Source: a candidate division WOR-3 bacterium (lineage in GTDB: Bacteria; SDB-A). From it: a DNA stretch of 64,000 bases. The DNA is taken from contig JAFGSQ010000006.1 of assembly GCA_016934535.1 (NCBI GenBank), forward strand, positions 2,617 to 66,616, given 5' to 3'. The notes below the pieces were generated by a model. That model worked only from the letters and a program-made list of their open reading frames with translations, had not been told where the DNA came from and ran no database searches. Positions 9,756-20,535 of the stretch are shown piece by piece; the first letter of the stretch is position 1; every line of letters starts with the position of its first letter. Made by a program: the position numbers and the translations under genes.

Positions 9756-12700
9756 CTATGAATTCTTCTGCAGTTTACATATTATTTCTTCAGCTCTTTT
9801 CTGACAATCCTCTCCCTTTTCAGCAATTCCCAATGATTTTAAATATGTGCCGTATTTAGACAAAGCCGTCGCATATTCTACCGTATCAAAATCTTTTTTC
9901 ATGTGTTCAAGCGAGTATTCAAAATACGCTTTCGGATCGAGTCCTAAACCGGTCAAAGAGTCTATCTCGTTTTTTAAATCGCAGCACGAATCAAGTTCTG
10001 AAATACAGATTCCCGCGTAATAATAAAGAGGGTAGATTTTTGTCCCGATTTCTTTTTCCAATGAGAGCGCTTCTTTAAGCTTTTCCAGGGCTTTATAATA
10101 ATCTTTTTTCTCTGTTAAAACGTATCCGACGCCGGCTATCCCGGACAAAATGCCCATTTTAAATCCGAGTTCTGAGCACATTTTGATTACGTTATCGTAG
10201 CATTCGGCGGCTTTGTCCCATTTGCCAATCCTTCTGTACAGATCGCCTTTGAAACCCAAAGCGTATCCAAATCCTTTTCTGTCTGCCAGTTCTTCGCAAA
10301 CCTTCTGCTTTTCATTGAAACAATCCAGCGCTTTTTCGTACTCGCCTTTCTCCATATAAATACAGCCCATATTTCCCACGGACAGGCCTATCCCGGATTT
10401 TTCTCCAAGTTCAACCGACATTTTTTTCTTTCTGGCATAATATTCAAAAGCTTTATCGGTGTTCCCCTTTTCCATGTATGCGCCTCCGATGTTTCCTATC
10501 GCGGCGCTCAAAACTCTCTTGTATCCCATTTTTTCGCAAAGATTTTTTGCTTTAGAAAAATAAAACATGGCTTCATCTATTTCCGACTTGTGAAAAAATA
10601 CCGATCCCATGTTCAAGTATGCGACGCTAAGACTGTAAATGTCGTTTTCGCTTTCACAGATTTCAATTTGCTCTTTGTAACAATCAATTGCTTTTTCAAA
10701 CTCGCCTTTGTTCCAATGGATCAAGCCGATGTTTCCTGACACTAAAGAGAGTTTTTTATTATCTTCGCAGGCTTGATGACATTTTTTCTGCTTCTCGTAA
10801 AACCCCATCGCTTTGTCGAATTCTCCTTTGTGGTAATATATCTGTCCGTAAACTCCGAGAAACATTTCTTTTTTGTCTTCTCTTCCATTGACGCCGCAAT
10901 ATGACAGGCCAAGTTCCGCTGTTTCAAGAGCCCTGTCGATTTTTCCCGTGTAAAGATACAATTGCGCAAGCCTGTTCATGGAATCTAAATACGCGCCGGC
11001 ATCAAGTTTATCTTTCACATCTTCTGTCAGGTAAATCAAATCAGACAGCAGTTTCTTCCAATCGCCTGCTAAAAATTCTATTTCTGCTCTGCTGAAAACT
11101 GTGAGTCTTTTCTCGTTTTCGTTATCACTCAATTCAATTATTTTGTTCAGACTCTCTATGGCTTCTCTGTTTCTGTATGCCTTTGACAAATAATCCGAAG
11201 CCACTCTGTAATTTGCGAGCGCTTTTGATCTTTCTTCGGAATAATAATAATGGGAAGCAATTTCGTAACTAAATTCGGGCTTGCCGGTGAACATCTTCTC
11301 AAGAGTATCGGCTGCGGTTCCGTGGATATATTTCAATCTTGATATCAATTGCATTTCGTATACTACGTCTCGGAGAAAATTACTTTTAAAAGCAAATCTC
11401 TTTTCATGAACATCGGTAATCAGGTTCTCTTTCCGGATATCAAGAAGAGTATTTTCGAAATCATCCCTGTCAAATTGGTTTATTTCTCTGGAAACGGAAA
11501 AAAGAATCTCTCTATCAAATTCTTTTCCAAGCACGCTCGCAATCTGAAGCGTTTCTTTGATTTTCAGTGGAAGCCTGTCTATTCTTGCGACAATGACGGA
11601 AGAGATGTTTTCCGGAACATCCGCGACATCCGATTCGAGCGTGTATTCTTCTCTATCTTCCTTCAAAAAGTTGTTTTCTTTGAGATAAAGACAAAACTGA
11701 TCCAGATAAAAAGGATTTCCTTGCGTTTTTTCGAATATCATATCAATCGCTTTTTCAGAGACATTTTTTTTAAGTATGTTCCTTATCATCTCCGTGGATT
11801 CAGTTGGGTCAAGTCCTTTCAGGTTAATCTCCTGGGTCGGCCAACCTTCTTTGCCTATCAAGCGAGGCAGAGATCCGTCATCATTCAGTCTGCTCGCTAT
11901 CACCACGCATATCGGAAAACTTTCGAGCCCTCTCATTAAAACTTCAAAAAACCTGTAAGATTCATCGTCTACCCATTGAAAATCGTCAACAAATAATACC
12001 GCGGGTTTTAGAAGGCTCAATGCCGTCAATAAATATTTAACTGCGAAAAGCGTGTTTTCGTGTCTTTGTTTGGGATCGAGAAATTCATAAACCGAGTTTT
12101 CGGTTGTGTGATTGAGAAGGGCTCCGATAAAATTTTTCCCTCTTTCCAGTTCCTGCAGAATGTCGTCTGCCGAATGTCTTTTCCCGATGGATGCGATCCT
12201 GGCGACAAAAGAATCGAAAATGTCTTCGAAGATGTTACCTTTTAATGAATCGTCTTCGTTACCCAGCTGATTGAAAATGGTTTTCAGGCAGTAAACGATC
12301 GGATTGAACGCCTTTTTCAAAATGGGATCGCAGTTAAAAACCCATGTGTCTGCATCCTTTTTCACATTTTCAGTCATTTTCTTAACGAGAAATGTTTTTC
12401 CGGAGCCTGGTTCTCCCGTGACGTGGATTACGCCTCCGAACTTACCTTCTTTCAGAGAATCGAACGCCCTAATTAAAATTTCAGATTCCGCTTTTCTACC
12501 CACGATTTCAGCGCCTGCATCAGCTCTTTTTCTTTTTTGAAATTTTCCGACAAGCTTGAACGCTGCAGTTAATGTGATTTTCCCTTTCAAACTGACATCG
12601 CCGATAAATTCCATTTCAAATTCTTCGCTGAGTTTAGCGTGAATGTTTTTTGAAACCAGGATTCCTCCTGGTTCGGCTTTTTGCATGAACCTCGAAGCGA

Positions 12701-13742
12701 CAATAACCGCCTCACCGATAAATGAATAGTTACACCTCAAGTCATCACCGATCAATCCCGCGTATACCGTCCCTTTGTTGATTCCAATTTTTGTAGAATC
12801 TGTTTTCAAAGATAAAGCGAATTCAATCGCCCGTTTCTCGTCATTTTCAAAAGATTTTGGAGCACCGAATATCACAAGGAAATTACATCCCTTGTCGCCG
12901 AAATCGAGAGAACTGAAAAAGCCTCCGAATTCCTCGGTCTTTTTGAGTACATCTTCTATATAAGTTTTCAATTCATCGTATTTCTCTTGTCCTTTGAAAG
13001 AAACAAAAACTGCCGTTATCTCCCTGAATTCTCCTCTGTAAGGCATTTCTGTAAGTTCTCGTGAAATAAAACCCGAATACATTTCTCTTGCCAGCTCAAT
13101 TTCAAATGTTTTAATCGCCTCGGCTTTTTGAGGTGTCACTCCGGAATTCACTTTTTTAACGACGAAATATTTTTCTCCGCAGGAAACTGTATCAATACAG
13201 TTTTTATCGAGAACGTCGTAGACGTTTCTGTCTATTACACATTCGGTATGTTTGCACTTTTTTTCGGAATCGGCGCATCCTTCTATCGCATTTCCGCGGA
13301 AATAATAAGTCCTGTTTGAAACAGTTCCAATTGTCCCCCATTCCACTTTACCCCGTGAAATTCCGATTTTCATCGAAAACTCAAAATCGCCAAATTTTGT
13401 ACTCACATGTCCGTTGTCGACGACAAATCCTTTAATGTTTTCAGCGCAAACTAAAACCGCTGAAACAGAGCATTCATTTTCAGGGAATACCGCCGTTATA
13501 CCATCCCCGGCAAAACCTGTCACGAAGCCTCCGCTTTCGTATATCATTCTGGTCACCGGTTTGAATATGGATTCAAGAAGGGTCGAAAGAATTTCCGCTC
13601 CTTCTTTACCGGCTTTCATAAGTTTTTCAGAAATCGAAGTGAATCCTTTTACATCCAAAAACATGGCGGCGGCATTAAATTCACCGAAACAAAGCCCCTC
13701 TTTGTTTTGCCGGACAATAAACCTTGGTATTAAATATTTCAT
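9756..13742 (-). CDS. Multidomain signalling protein: tandem class-III adenylyl/guanylyl cyclase homology domains + P-loop STAND-type ATPase + TPR repeats
   Basis: CHD-1 has the FLDVKGFT and GFAGDGITAVF metal-binding Asp motifs. CHD-2 has VFVSFKG (first Asp lost) and GEAVIVASRF (Arg kept). Walker A GEPGSGKTFLV, then ~600 aa of TPR-like helical repeats. Confidence 0.75.
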   Translation of the reverse strand: MKYLIPRFIVRQNKEGLCFGEFNAAAMFLDVKGFTSISEKLMKAGKEGAEILSTLLESIFKPVTRMIYESGGFVTGFAGDGITAVFPENECSVSAVLVCAENIKGFVVDNGHVSTKFGDFEFSMKIGISRGKVEWGTIGTVSNRTYYFRGNAIEGCADSEKKCKHTECVIDRNVYDVLDKNCIDTVSCGEKYFVVKKVNSGVTPQKAEAIKTFEIELAREMYSGFISRELTEMPYRGEFREITAVFVSFKGQEKYDELKTYIEDVLKKTEEFGGFFSSLDFGDKGCNFLVIFGAPKSFENDEKRAIEFALSLKTDSTKIGINKGTVYAGLIGDDLRCNYSFIGEAVIVASRFMQKAEPGGILVSKNIHAKLSEEFEMEFIGDVSLKGKITLTAAFKLVGKFQKRKRADAGAEIVGRKAESEILIRAFDSLKEGKFGGVIHVTGEPGSGKTFLVKKMTENVKKDADTWVFNCDPILKKAFNPIVYCLKTIFNQLGNEDDSLKGNIFEDIFDSFVARIASIGKRHSADDILQELERGKNFIGALLNHTTENSVYEFLDPKQRHENTLFAVKYLLTALSLLKPAVLFVDDFQWVDDESYRFFEVLMRGLESFPICVVIASRLNDDGSLPRLIGKEGWPTQEINLKGLDPTESTEMIRNILKKNVSEKAIDMIFEKTQGNPFYLDQFCLYLKENNFLKEDREEYTLESDVADVPENISSVIVARIDRLPLKIKETLQIASVLGKEFDREILFSVSREINQFDRDDFENTLLDIRKENLITDVHEKRFAFKSNFLRDVVYEMQLISRLKYIHGTAADTLEKMFTGKPEFSYEIASHYYYSEERSKALANYRVASDYLSKAYRNREAIESLNKIIELSDNENEKRLTVFSRAEIEFLAGDWKKLLSDLIYLTEDVKDKLDAGAYLDSMNRLAQLYLYTGKIDRALETAELGLSYCGVNGREDKKEMFLGVYGQIYYHKGEFDKAMGFYEKQKKCHQACEDNKKLSLVSGNIGLIHWNKGEFEKAIDCYKEQIEICESENDIYSLSVAYLNMGSVFFHKSEIDEAMFYFSKAKNLCEKMGYKRVLSAAIGNIGGAYMEKGNTDKAFEYYARKKKMSVELGEKSGIGLSVGNMGCIYMEKGEYEKALDCFNEKQKVCEELADRKGFGYALGFKGDLYRRIGKWDKAAECYDNVIKMCSELGFKMGILSGIAGVGYVLTEKKDYYKALEKLKEALSLEKEIGTKIYPLYYYAGICISELDSCCDLKNEIDSLTGLGLDPKAYFEYSLEHMKKDFDTVEYATALSKYGTYLKSLGIAEKGEDCQKRAEEIICKLQKNS

Positions 13743-14549
13743 TTACTCTTTTTGGCATTCAGGACAGATGAAAGAGCTGTTCGAGCCTGTTTTAATCTTT
13801 TCTATAGCCGCTCCGCAAACAGGGCATTTTTCACCTTTTCTGTATCCTATGGCGATGTCTTTTCTTTTAAAACCGCCGGGTTTTCCGAAGATGTCTGTTT
13901 CATAAAAAGCACCACCTTTTCTTATACTTTTTTTTAGTCCTTTTTTGATGCCTTCGTGAAGATGTTTTATTTGGATTTCGTCAAGGACTTGAACATTATT
14001 TTTCGGATGCAATTTTGCAAAAAACAAAATATCATGAATATAGGCATTCCCTATACCGGCTATATTTTTCTGATCCAGTAAAAATGATTTGATGTTTCCT
14101 CTTCTTCCTTCGAGCCGAGTTTTTAACTCTGAAAAAGTTATTTTATCCGCATCAATTCCCAGCTTTGCCGTCTCTTTATGTTTATACAATTTTCCATTTT
14201 TTGCGTAATGAATATACCCAAACCACCAAAAATTCACTGAAATGCAAACTCCTCCGGAGAACACGAAAACGGCTCGTTTTTTCAAAGGTATTTTGTCTGC
14301 TTCAGTCAAAAGAATTTCTCCGCCCATTCCGAGATTTATCAAAAGATACCCTCTGTCAGTTTCAGTGAATATCCACTTGCCTCTTTGATAAACTCTAATG
14401 ACATTGGCGTTTTTTAATTTTCTTCGGAATTCTGCTTTATTCATATTGAGACATTTAGGCTGGAATATTTCCGCGGACAAAATTTTTCTTCCGCAAATAG
14501 CGCTGTTCATCTCTTTTGCCCTTGATATAATTTCCGGTATTTCAGGCAT
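13743..14549 (-). CDS. mutM: Formamidopyrimidine-DNA glycosylase / endonuclease VIII family (Fpg/Nei)
   Basis: N-terminal MPEIPEI (catalytic Pro2); H2TH region; C-terminal zinc finger CPVCGAAI...CPECQ. Its stop codon is directly followed by the ATG of the cyclase-STAND gene (TAAATG). Confidence 0.85.
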   Translation of the reverse strand: MPEIPEIISRAKEMNSAICGRKILSAEIFQPKCLNMNKAEFRRKLKNANVIRVYQRGKWIFTETDRGYLLINLGMGGEILLTEADKIPLKKRAVFVFSGGVCISVNFWWFGYIHYAKNGKLYKHKETAKLGIDADKITFSELKTRLEGRRGNIKSFLLDQKNIAGIGNAYIHDILFFAKLHPKNNVQVLDEIQIKHLHEGIKKGLKKSIRKGGAFYETDIFGKPGGFKRKDIAIGYRKGEKCPVCGAAIEKIKTGSNSSFICPECQKE

Positions 14550-14777
14550 ATCGCCTCCGCTGAGTTTATAACAAAAATAATATAGTTTCGGGAATAAGTT
14601 ATCAAGTTCGAAAAAGGTGCGTTACTTAATGCATAAGTCGGGATAAATAATTATTATTTTTAAGCACTTGAAATTGTTCTCTTTTTATGATAAAAAACCG
14701 GACGAATTAAGATCCTGCGAAAATATTTTCTCACACAGTATTTTCTAAATCTCAGCCATCGGAAAGGTGTATATAAA

Positions 14778-16859
14778 ATGTCAGATATAATAGCGTTGGA
14801 AAAAGTAAGAAATATAGGCATAATGGCTCACATAGACGCCGGAAAGACTACCTTAACTGAAAGAATTCTCTTTTACACGGGGAGATCTCACAAAATTGGG
14901 GAAGTCCACAACGGGGAAGCCCTCATGGACTGGATGAAACAGGAACAGGAGAGAGGCATAACCATAACGGCAGCCTCTACTCATTGTCACTGGGAAGATC
15001 ATTGGATAAACATCATAGATACGCCGGGTCATGTAGATTTTACTGTAGAAGTGGAAAGGAGCCTTCGTGTTCTCGACGGAGCAATAGCAGTTTTTTGCGC
15101 GGTCGGCGGCGTTGAACCTCAATCCGAAGCGGTTTGGCATCAATCTCAAAAACACAATGTGCCGAAACTTGCGTTCGTAAACAAAATGGACAGAATCGGT
15201 GCAGATTTTTTCAAAGTGATTGAAGAGATAGAAAACCAGTTGGAAGCTAACGTTATCCCTCTGCAGATACCCATTGGAGCCGAATCTGAATTCAAAGGAG
15301 TAGTCGACCTCGTCGAAATGAAAGCGTATTATTACACCGACGAAAAAGACGCCAAAAGATACGAAGTCGAACAAATTCCACAGGATTTGATTTCTCTCGC
15401 CAACAAATACAGAAAAATAATGCTCGAGAAAGCGGTTGAAAACGACGAAATACTTCTCGACAAATATTTCCACGATGAAGATTCCCTCACAAAAGAAGAG
15501 ATAATCTCGGCCATACGAAAATCCACCGTCACAAACAAGATAGTTCCCGCCCTTTGCGGATCCGCCTTCAAAAACAAAGGAGTGAGAAAGCTCCTCGACG
15601 CAGTAAACATGTTTCTACCTTCCCCCAAAGACATGCCTGCTTTAAAAGGAACAGACAGAGAAGGGAATGAAGTTTTCAGAAACAACGACGATGATGAACC
15701 TTTTTCTGCCCTTGCGTTCAAGATCCAAATAGACAAGCACGTCGGAAAGCTCGTCTATTTCAGAGTTTATTCCGGTTCTGTGAAAGCGGGATCGTACATT
15801 TACAACTCCTCACGCAACAAGCGCGAAAGGCTGAGCAGAATACTCCAGATGCATGCAAATCAGAGAGAAAGCGTAGATTGTTTATACGCGGGCGATATTG
15901 CTGCGGCTGTCGGGCTGTCTGACACCTTCACAGGAGACACTCTTTCAGAATCTGAAAATCCGATACTTCTCGAATCAATAGAATTTCCTTCACCGGTAAT
16001 GTCAATTTCCATTAAGAACAGTGAAAAAAGCCAGACCGATGCACTTACCAGGTCATTGACAAAACTCGCCGAAGAAGACCCGTCTTTTATTTACAAAACT
16101 GATGAAGAAACAAAAGACGTTGTAATATCAGGTATGGGAGAATTGCATCTTGAAGTTTTAATAGACAGGCTTAAACACGAGTTCGGTATTGAAATCGAGA
16201 CCGGCGAACCAAAAGTCGCATACAGAGAGACGATTCTTCAATCTATCGTAGAAGAATTGAAATATTCCAAGCAGACGGGAGGCAAGGGCCAATACGCGCA
16301 CGTAAAAATGAAAGTTTCTCCGACGGGTCCGGGTTGCGGTTTCGAGTTCATAAACAAAATAAAAGAAGGAAGGATACCGAAAGAGTTCATCCCGTCCATT
16401 GAAAAGGGGGTCATAGACGCTCTCCAAAACGGAGTATTGGCAGGATATCCTGTCGTGGACGTCAAAGCAGAACTGATTGACGGATCTTACCATTCCGTGG
16501 ATTCATCTGACATGTCATTCAGAGTGGCCGGCCGAGAGTGTTTTAAAAGCGCTTTCAGAAAGTGCTCTCCAATCCTGCTCGAACCGATAATGCTTATTGA
16601 AATAAACACGCCTGAAGAGTTTGTAGGTTCTATTGCGGGACTTGTAGGTTCAAAAAGAGGCAAAATAAACGGAATAGATATTCAGGGCAGTTTGAACGTC
16701 GTTTCCTGCGAGGCGCCCTTGTCGGAACTTTTCGGTTTCACAACGGTCTTACGCAATCAAACCAGCGGAAGGGCGAGTTATTCAATGGCGTTCCAGCACT
16801 ATTCAGCCGCAACAGAAGAAGCGACGCAGCAAATCCTCAGGATTAAAAAAAGCGCTTGA
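14778..16859 (+). CDS. fusA: Elongation factor G, stand-alone paralog (not in an rpsL-rpsG-fusA-tuf context)
   Basis: 693 aa with G1-G4 motifs ([18 protein letters not shown]). Full EF-G domain architecture. RBS GGAAAGG upstream. Confidence 0.9.
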   Translation: MSDIIALEKVRNIGIMAHIDAGKTTLTERILFYTGRSHKIGEVHNGEALMDWMKQEQERGITITAASTHCHWEDHWINIIDTPGHVDFTVEVERSLRVLDGAIAVFCAVGGVEPQSEAVWHQSQKHNVPKLAFVNKMDRIGADFFKVIEEIENQLEANVIPLQIPIGAESEFKGVVDLVEMKAYYYTDEKDAKRYEVEQIPQDLISLANKYRKIMLEKAVENDEILLDKYFHDEDSLTKEEIISAIRKSTVTNKIVPALCGSAFKNKGVRKLLDAVNMFLPSPKDMPALKGTDREGNEVFRNNDDDEPFSALAFKIQIDKHVGKLVYFRVYSGSVKAGSYIYNSSRNKRERLSRILQMHANQRESVDCLYAGDIAAAVGLSDTFTGDTLSESENPILLESIEFPSPVMSISIKNSEKSQTDALTRSLTKLAEEDPSFIYKTDEETKDVVISGMGELHLEVLIDRLKHEFGIEIETGEPKVAYRETILQSIVEELKYSKQTGGKGQYAHVKMKVSPTGPGCGFEFINKIKEGRIPKEFIPSIEKGVIDALQNGVLAGYPVVDVKAELIDGSYHSVDSSDMSFRVAGRECFKSAFRKCSPILLEPIMLIEINTPEEFVGSIAGLVGSKRGKINGIDIQGSLNVVSCEAPLSELFGFTTVLRNQTSGRASYSMAFQHYSAATEEATQQILRIKKSA

Positions 16860-16869
16860 TGTCCCCGCT

Positions 16870-17490
16870 TTAAACGACTGCGGTTTTTCTCGTTTTCTGG
16901 ATCTTGCGACCCAGTTGGAATGCTTTTTCAGTAAATTTGTTTTTAGTTTTTTCGTTGTTTTCCATTCCGCCGGCTTTAAGTGAGCATACTTTGCCGCACG
17001 ACCATAGTTTGCAAATCCACTTTAGTGTTTTTATGGAGTGACCGGTTATGCCGAATATTACGTTTACAGGATAAGGCGCTCCGGAAGAAAGCAGGATGAC
17101 ACCTCTTTTATCTTTCCTTTTCGGGTTCCTTCCTTTTGGCCATCCCTTGCCCGGTTTCAGTACGGCATAATTTCTCTCTAAAAATCTTTTCATCAGGGCG
17201 GTAGGTCCCATTTCATAAACCGGAGTGGCAAAAACCAGAACATCGCATTCGAGCATGTCTTCAAGGATTCCCTTCGTGTCGTCATCTATAGAGCAAATGC
17301 CGATTTTCCCTTCGGTCTTCATGCACTCTTCGCAGCCGCGGCAGAAAGCGACATTTGCATCGAGAAGATCGACAATTTTGACTTCGGCGTTTTCATCTGC
17401 GCTTTTAATTCCTCTCGCGAAATTATCCACGAGTGCCGAAGTCATACCGTCTTTTTTGTAGGTTCCTTTGATTATCAAAACATTTCCCAT
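16870..17490 (-). CDS. Flavodoxin-like fold NAD(P)H-dependent FMN reductase / iron-sulfur flavoprotein family
   Basis: Start moved to the internal ATG at 17490 (MGNVLIIKG), which has AAGGAG 6 nt upstream. A flavodoxin-like fold beginning VLIIKGT and a CxxC pair (CRGCEEC) fit Isf/NADPH-FMN reductase proteins. Confidence 0.55.
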   Translation of the reverse strand: MGNVLIIKGTYKKDGMTSALVDNFARGIKSADENAEVKIVDLLDANVAFCRGCEECMKTEGKIGICSIDDDTKGILEDMLECDVLVFATPVYEMGPTALMKRFLERNYAVLKPGKGWPKGRNPKRKDKRGVILLSSGAPYPVNVIFGITGHSIKTLKWICKLWSCGKVCSLKAGGMENNEKTKNKFTEKAFQLGRKIQKTRKTAVV

Positions 17491-17539
17491 AATGAACTCC
17501 TTTACGAGGTCCGGTACTGACAATTCATTTTTCGAAAAT

Positions 17540-18655
17540 TTACTTTAAATATATAAGTTCTCCGAAAGAACTTTCATTTCCTGATACAAATATTTTATAA
17601 AAATACACTCCATTTTCAGCAGGTTTCAATTCCGAGCAAGTGCCGTCCCACGAAAAACTATGATCTCCTTCTCCGAGAGATCCTTCGAAAATGCTTTGAA
17701 CAAAGCGCCCGAGAACATTGAATATTTTAATTTCGACGAATTCCGATTTTTTCAGATTAAAAGAGATCTCGGCATAATCCGTAAAAGGATTCGGAAATAC
17801 TCTGCATTGCAGGAAATCGTTTACTGGAGACAAAACTCCCTCTTCAACCGAAGAAGGTTCCCATCCGTTCAAAACGGCGAACATGTACCAGACCGCATAT
17901 CCTTTCTGCTGACAGCTGGCATAGGTCGTGTGCCCGCCGTAACTGCCGTTGAATGCCGGGTGTTCGACGGGAATGAGGTGTGTGTCGTATACGTAAACAT
18001 TATGCTCCCAAAGACCTGTCGTGTCGTTGTACCACCAGCAATCGAGATCTGCGAAGTCAAACAGCACCTTGTTGTTATCTATGCAATATTGCCTGATCTG
18101 ATTGTTTCTCAAAAACCTGTTGTATCCGCTCGATCCTGTCGCCTGAGCGTTTCCTGTCATGTAAATAAAAGTGACTCCGGGAAATTCCAGTTCGAGTTGA
18201 GTTATCGAGTCCAAATATTCCTGAATCTGACTTTCGTTGTATCCGTCAATCTGCGTGCACCACGACCACGCTGAAAAATTGAGAGAGGGATTTCCGCTCA
18301 GTACAGCTCTCGTGGCGTTCATGCCGTCCGTTGACTGCCAATACAGATCCGGAGTGATGTAGGTCTGATTGACCTGCCCGTCGTGGATACAAAGAGCGCC
18401 CGGAACATTAGGCAGGTTACAGGAACCAATGGCCACGTTGAAAAAGGGATTCAGATCTTCATAATCATTCAATCCTATGGTCAACTGACCTCCGTGAGAC
18501 GTGTGCGCGTAATGCCATTTACAGTTTGTCTTCACAGAATCTATCCAGATCTGCGGGATACTTTCAGGATGAACATAAGAGTGGTCAATTATGATCCCTT
18601 GCCCGTTGATCAATCCCGAACAAAAAATCAGGAAAACAGCGGTTGAAAATTTCAT
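17540..18655 (-). CDS. Secreted protein of unknown function with T9SS C-terminal sorting domain
   Basis: Start moved to the internal ATG at 18655 (MKFSTAVFLIFCSGL), which has AGGAGG upstream and encodes a signal peptide. The C-terminus IFNVLGRFV...GVYFYKIFVSGNESSFGELIYLK is a T9SS CTD. The Trp/Tyr-rich core may be a carbohydrate-active or binding domain. Confidence 0.55.
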   Translation of the reverse strand: MKFSTAVFLIFCSGLINGQGIIIDHSYVHPESIPQIWIDSVKTNCKWHYAHTSHGGQLTIGLNDYEDLNPFFNVAIGSCNLPNVPGALCIHDGQVNQTYITPDLYWQSTDGMNATRAVLSGNPSLNFSAWSWCTQIDGYNESQIQEYLDSITQLELEFPGVTFIYMTGNAQATGSSGYNRFLRNNQIRQYCIDNNKVLFDFADLDCWWYNDTTGLWEHNVYVYDTHLIPVEHPAFNGSYGGHTTYASCQQKGYAVWYMFAVLNGWEPSSVEEGVLSPVNDFLQCRVFPNPFTDYAEISFNLKKSEFVEIKIFNVLGRFVQSIFEGSLGEGDHSFSWDGTCSELKPAENGVYFYKIFVSGNESSFGELIYLK

Positions 18656-18778
18656 GTTGCCTCCTGCGGAAAATGATTTAAAGTAATGATAATACAAACG
18701 CATAAAAAAATAACAGTTTTTTTTGTTTAATGAGCGCATTTGAAATGCCAGTAAAACAATTAAATTGAGAGGCTAATA

Positions 18779-19390
18779 ATGACGTGGCTTGAAAACAAAA
18801 TCGACAAATGGAAGCAAAACATAGAACGCTACACGGATCCCTATACTTCAGCAAAAATAATGGCCGGTTCGGATATATTAAAAGAAGCCTCAGAAAAAGA
18901 AAGAGCCGAATATTTCGAAAAAACATTGAATAAGCTTGAACTTGAAATCCCTGACGAAGAAACGAGAGAAAATATTTTATCGGCCTGTTCGTGCGTTTTT
19001 ACTGAGGAATTCGGAGATGAATTAATACTCGAACTTCGTGAGATATATAAAAATACCGTCAAAATAGAAAAAGTGGTAGAACGGATGAAACAGCATCCCG
19101 GTAAATTTGCCCACACTGTTTACGAAAACGGCGTCGTAAGGGAAAAAAGGAAACCGAGAGATCCAGTTGCATACGCATCGGCAAAGACGGGCGAAGAGAG
19201 AAAACTTGCAGCTTGTTTCTGTCCTCTAGTAAGAGACGGAAATGTACCTTTTCCAAAGCCTATCTGTCATTGCAGCGCCGGATGGTATAAAGGGATATGG
19301 GAAGGAATTCTTGATAGACCGGTAAAAGTTAAAGTCATAAAGTCATTGTTATACGGAGACGAAACCTGCGAATTTGAAATCCGATTTTAA
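18779..19390 (+). CDS. Hypothetical cytoplasmic protein with conserved Cys pairs (CSC...CFCP...CHCS)
   Basis: 203-aa ORF with an RBS-like GAGAGG upstream. It diverges from the T9SS gene. No recognisable family. Confidence 0.4.
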   Translation: MTWLENKIDKWKQNIERYTDPYTSAKIMAGSDILKEASEKERAEYFEKTLNKLELEIPDEETRENILSACSCVFTEEFGDELILELREIYKNTVKIEKVVERMKQHPGKFAHTVYENGVVREKRKPRDPVAYASAKTGEERKLAACFCPLVRDGNVPFPKPICHCSAGWYKGIWEGILDRPVKVKVIKSLLYGDETCEFEIRF

Positions 19391-19406
19391 CTTTCTTTCG
19401 GCGGAA

Positions 19407-20525
19407 CTATATTGTTTTTCTAAACCTCAGAATCGCCCCGTATAGAAATATTAAACCCAAGACAGTCAAAGATGCAAAATTCGGCCAAAGGACCTGTAAA
19501 GAACTGCCTTTTAAAAACAATCCCCGCAGAATAACTATCATATACTTGAGAGGATTTAAATAAGTCAAATACTGAATCCACACGGGCATGTTAGACACCG
19601 GAAAAATGAACCCCGAAAGAAGGAGAGCCGGTATTACGAAAAAGAATGTGCTGAGCATCGCCTGTTGCTGAGTTGAGCAAAGAGTCGATATCAGCAACCC
19701 GACTCCAAGAGTGCTCAGCAAAAAAAGCGAATTGGCAAAAAACAGCAAAAGCAAATTACCTCTGAACGGTATCTTAAACCAGAATATTGCCACTGTTGTC
19801 ACTAAAATCACATCTATCATGCCAATTATTGCGAATGGAAAAGTTTTTCCGACAATGAATTCAAATTTACTTATAGGCGTCACTAATATCTGTTCTATGG
19901 TTCCCATTTCTTTTTCTCTGACAATGGACATACCTGACAGCATCAATGTTATTATCATTACCATGGCGGCAATGACTCCCGGTAAATAAAAATTTTTACT
20001 ATGAAGATTCGGATTGAAAAGAATTCTTTCTGAAAGTTTTACCTGCTTTACGTTCACTGAATTGAGATCCAATCCTCTGAGAACAGTCTCTTTGTTGAAT
20101 TTCGAAATAATATCGCTGGCATAACCCAGGACTGTCCCGGCTTTCATTGCATTTGATCCGTCGACTATGATCTGAACGGAAATTTCGAAATTTTTGCTGG
20201 CGGTTTTGCAGAATTCCGGGGATATTATCAATCCGAAATCCGCTTCTCCGCAGTCAATCATTTGCACTGCGTAATCATAATTGTCTCCTGTGCCGGAAAG
20301 CCTGAAGTGATCTGTGGACATGAATGCGTTCACGAACTTTCTGCTCAGAGAACTTTTATCTCCATCGACGATTACCGTTCCTATGTTTTTCACGTCTGTA
20401 GTCACTGCGTAACCAAAAAGAAATGTCTGGATTATTGGTACTAAAAGTATGACGGTCCTCATTCGGGGATCCCGAAAAGCCTGAATAAATTCCTTTTTCA
20501 GCATGTGCTTTATTCTGTTAAGCAA
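19407..20525 (-). CDS. ABC-2 family transporter permease
   Basis: 372 aa with an N-terminal cytoplasmic/periplasmic loop then 6 TM helices. YbhS/YbhR-like. Confidence 0.8.
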   Translation of the reverse strand: MLNRIKHMLKKEFIQAFRDPRMRTVILLVPIIQTFLFGYAVTTDVKNIGTVIVDGDKSSLSRKFVNAFMSTDHFRLSGTGDNYDYAVQMIDCGEADFGLIISPEFCKTASKNFEISVQIIVDGSNAMKAGTVLGYASDIISKFNKETVLRGLDLNSVNVKQVKLSERILFNPNLHSKNFYLPGVIAAMVMIITLMLSGMSIVREKEMGTIEQILVTPISKFEFIVGKTFPFAIIGMIDVILVTTVAIFWFKIPFRGNLLLLFFANSLFLLSTLGVGLLISTLCSTQQQAMLSTFFFVIPALLLSGFIFPVSNMPVWIQYLTYLNPLKYMIVILRGLFLKGSSLQVLWPNFASLTVLGLIFLYGAILRFRKTI

Positions 20526-20535
20526 TTTTTACGCC

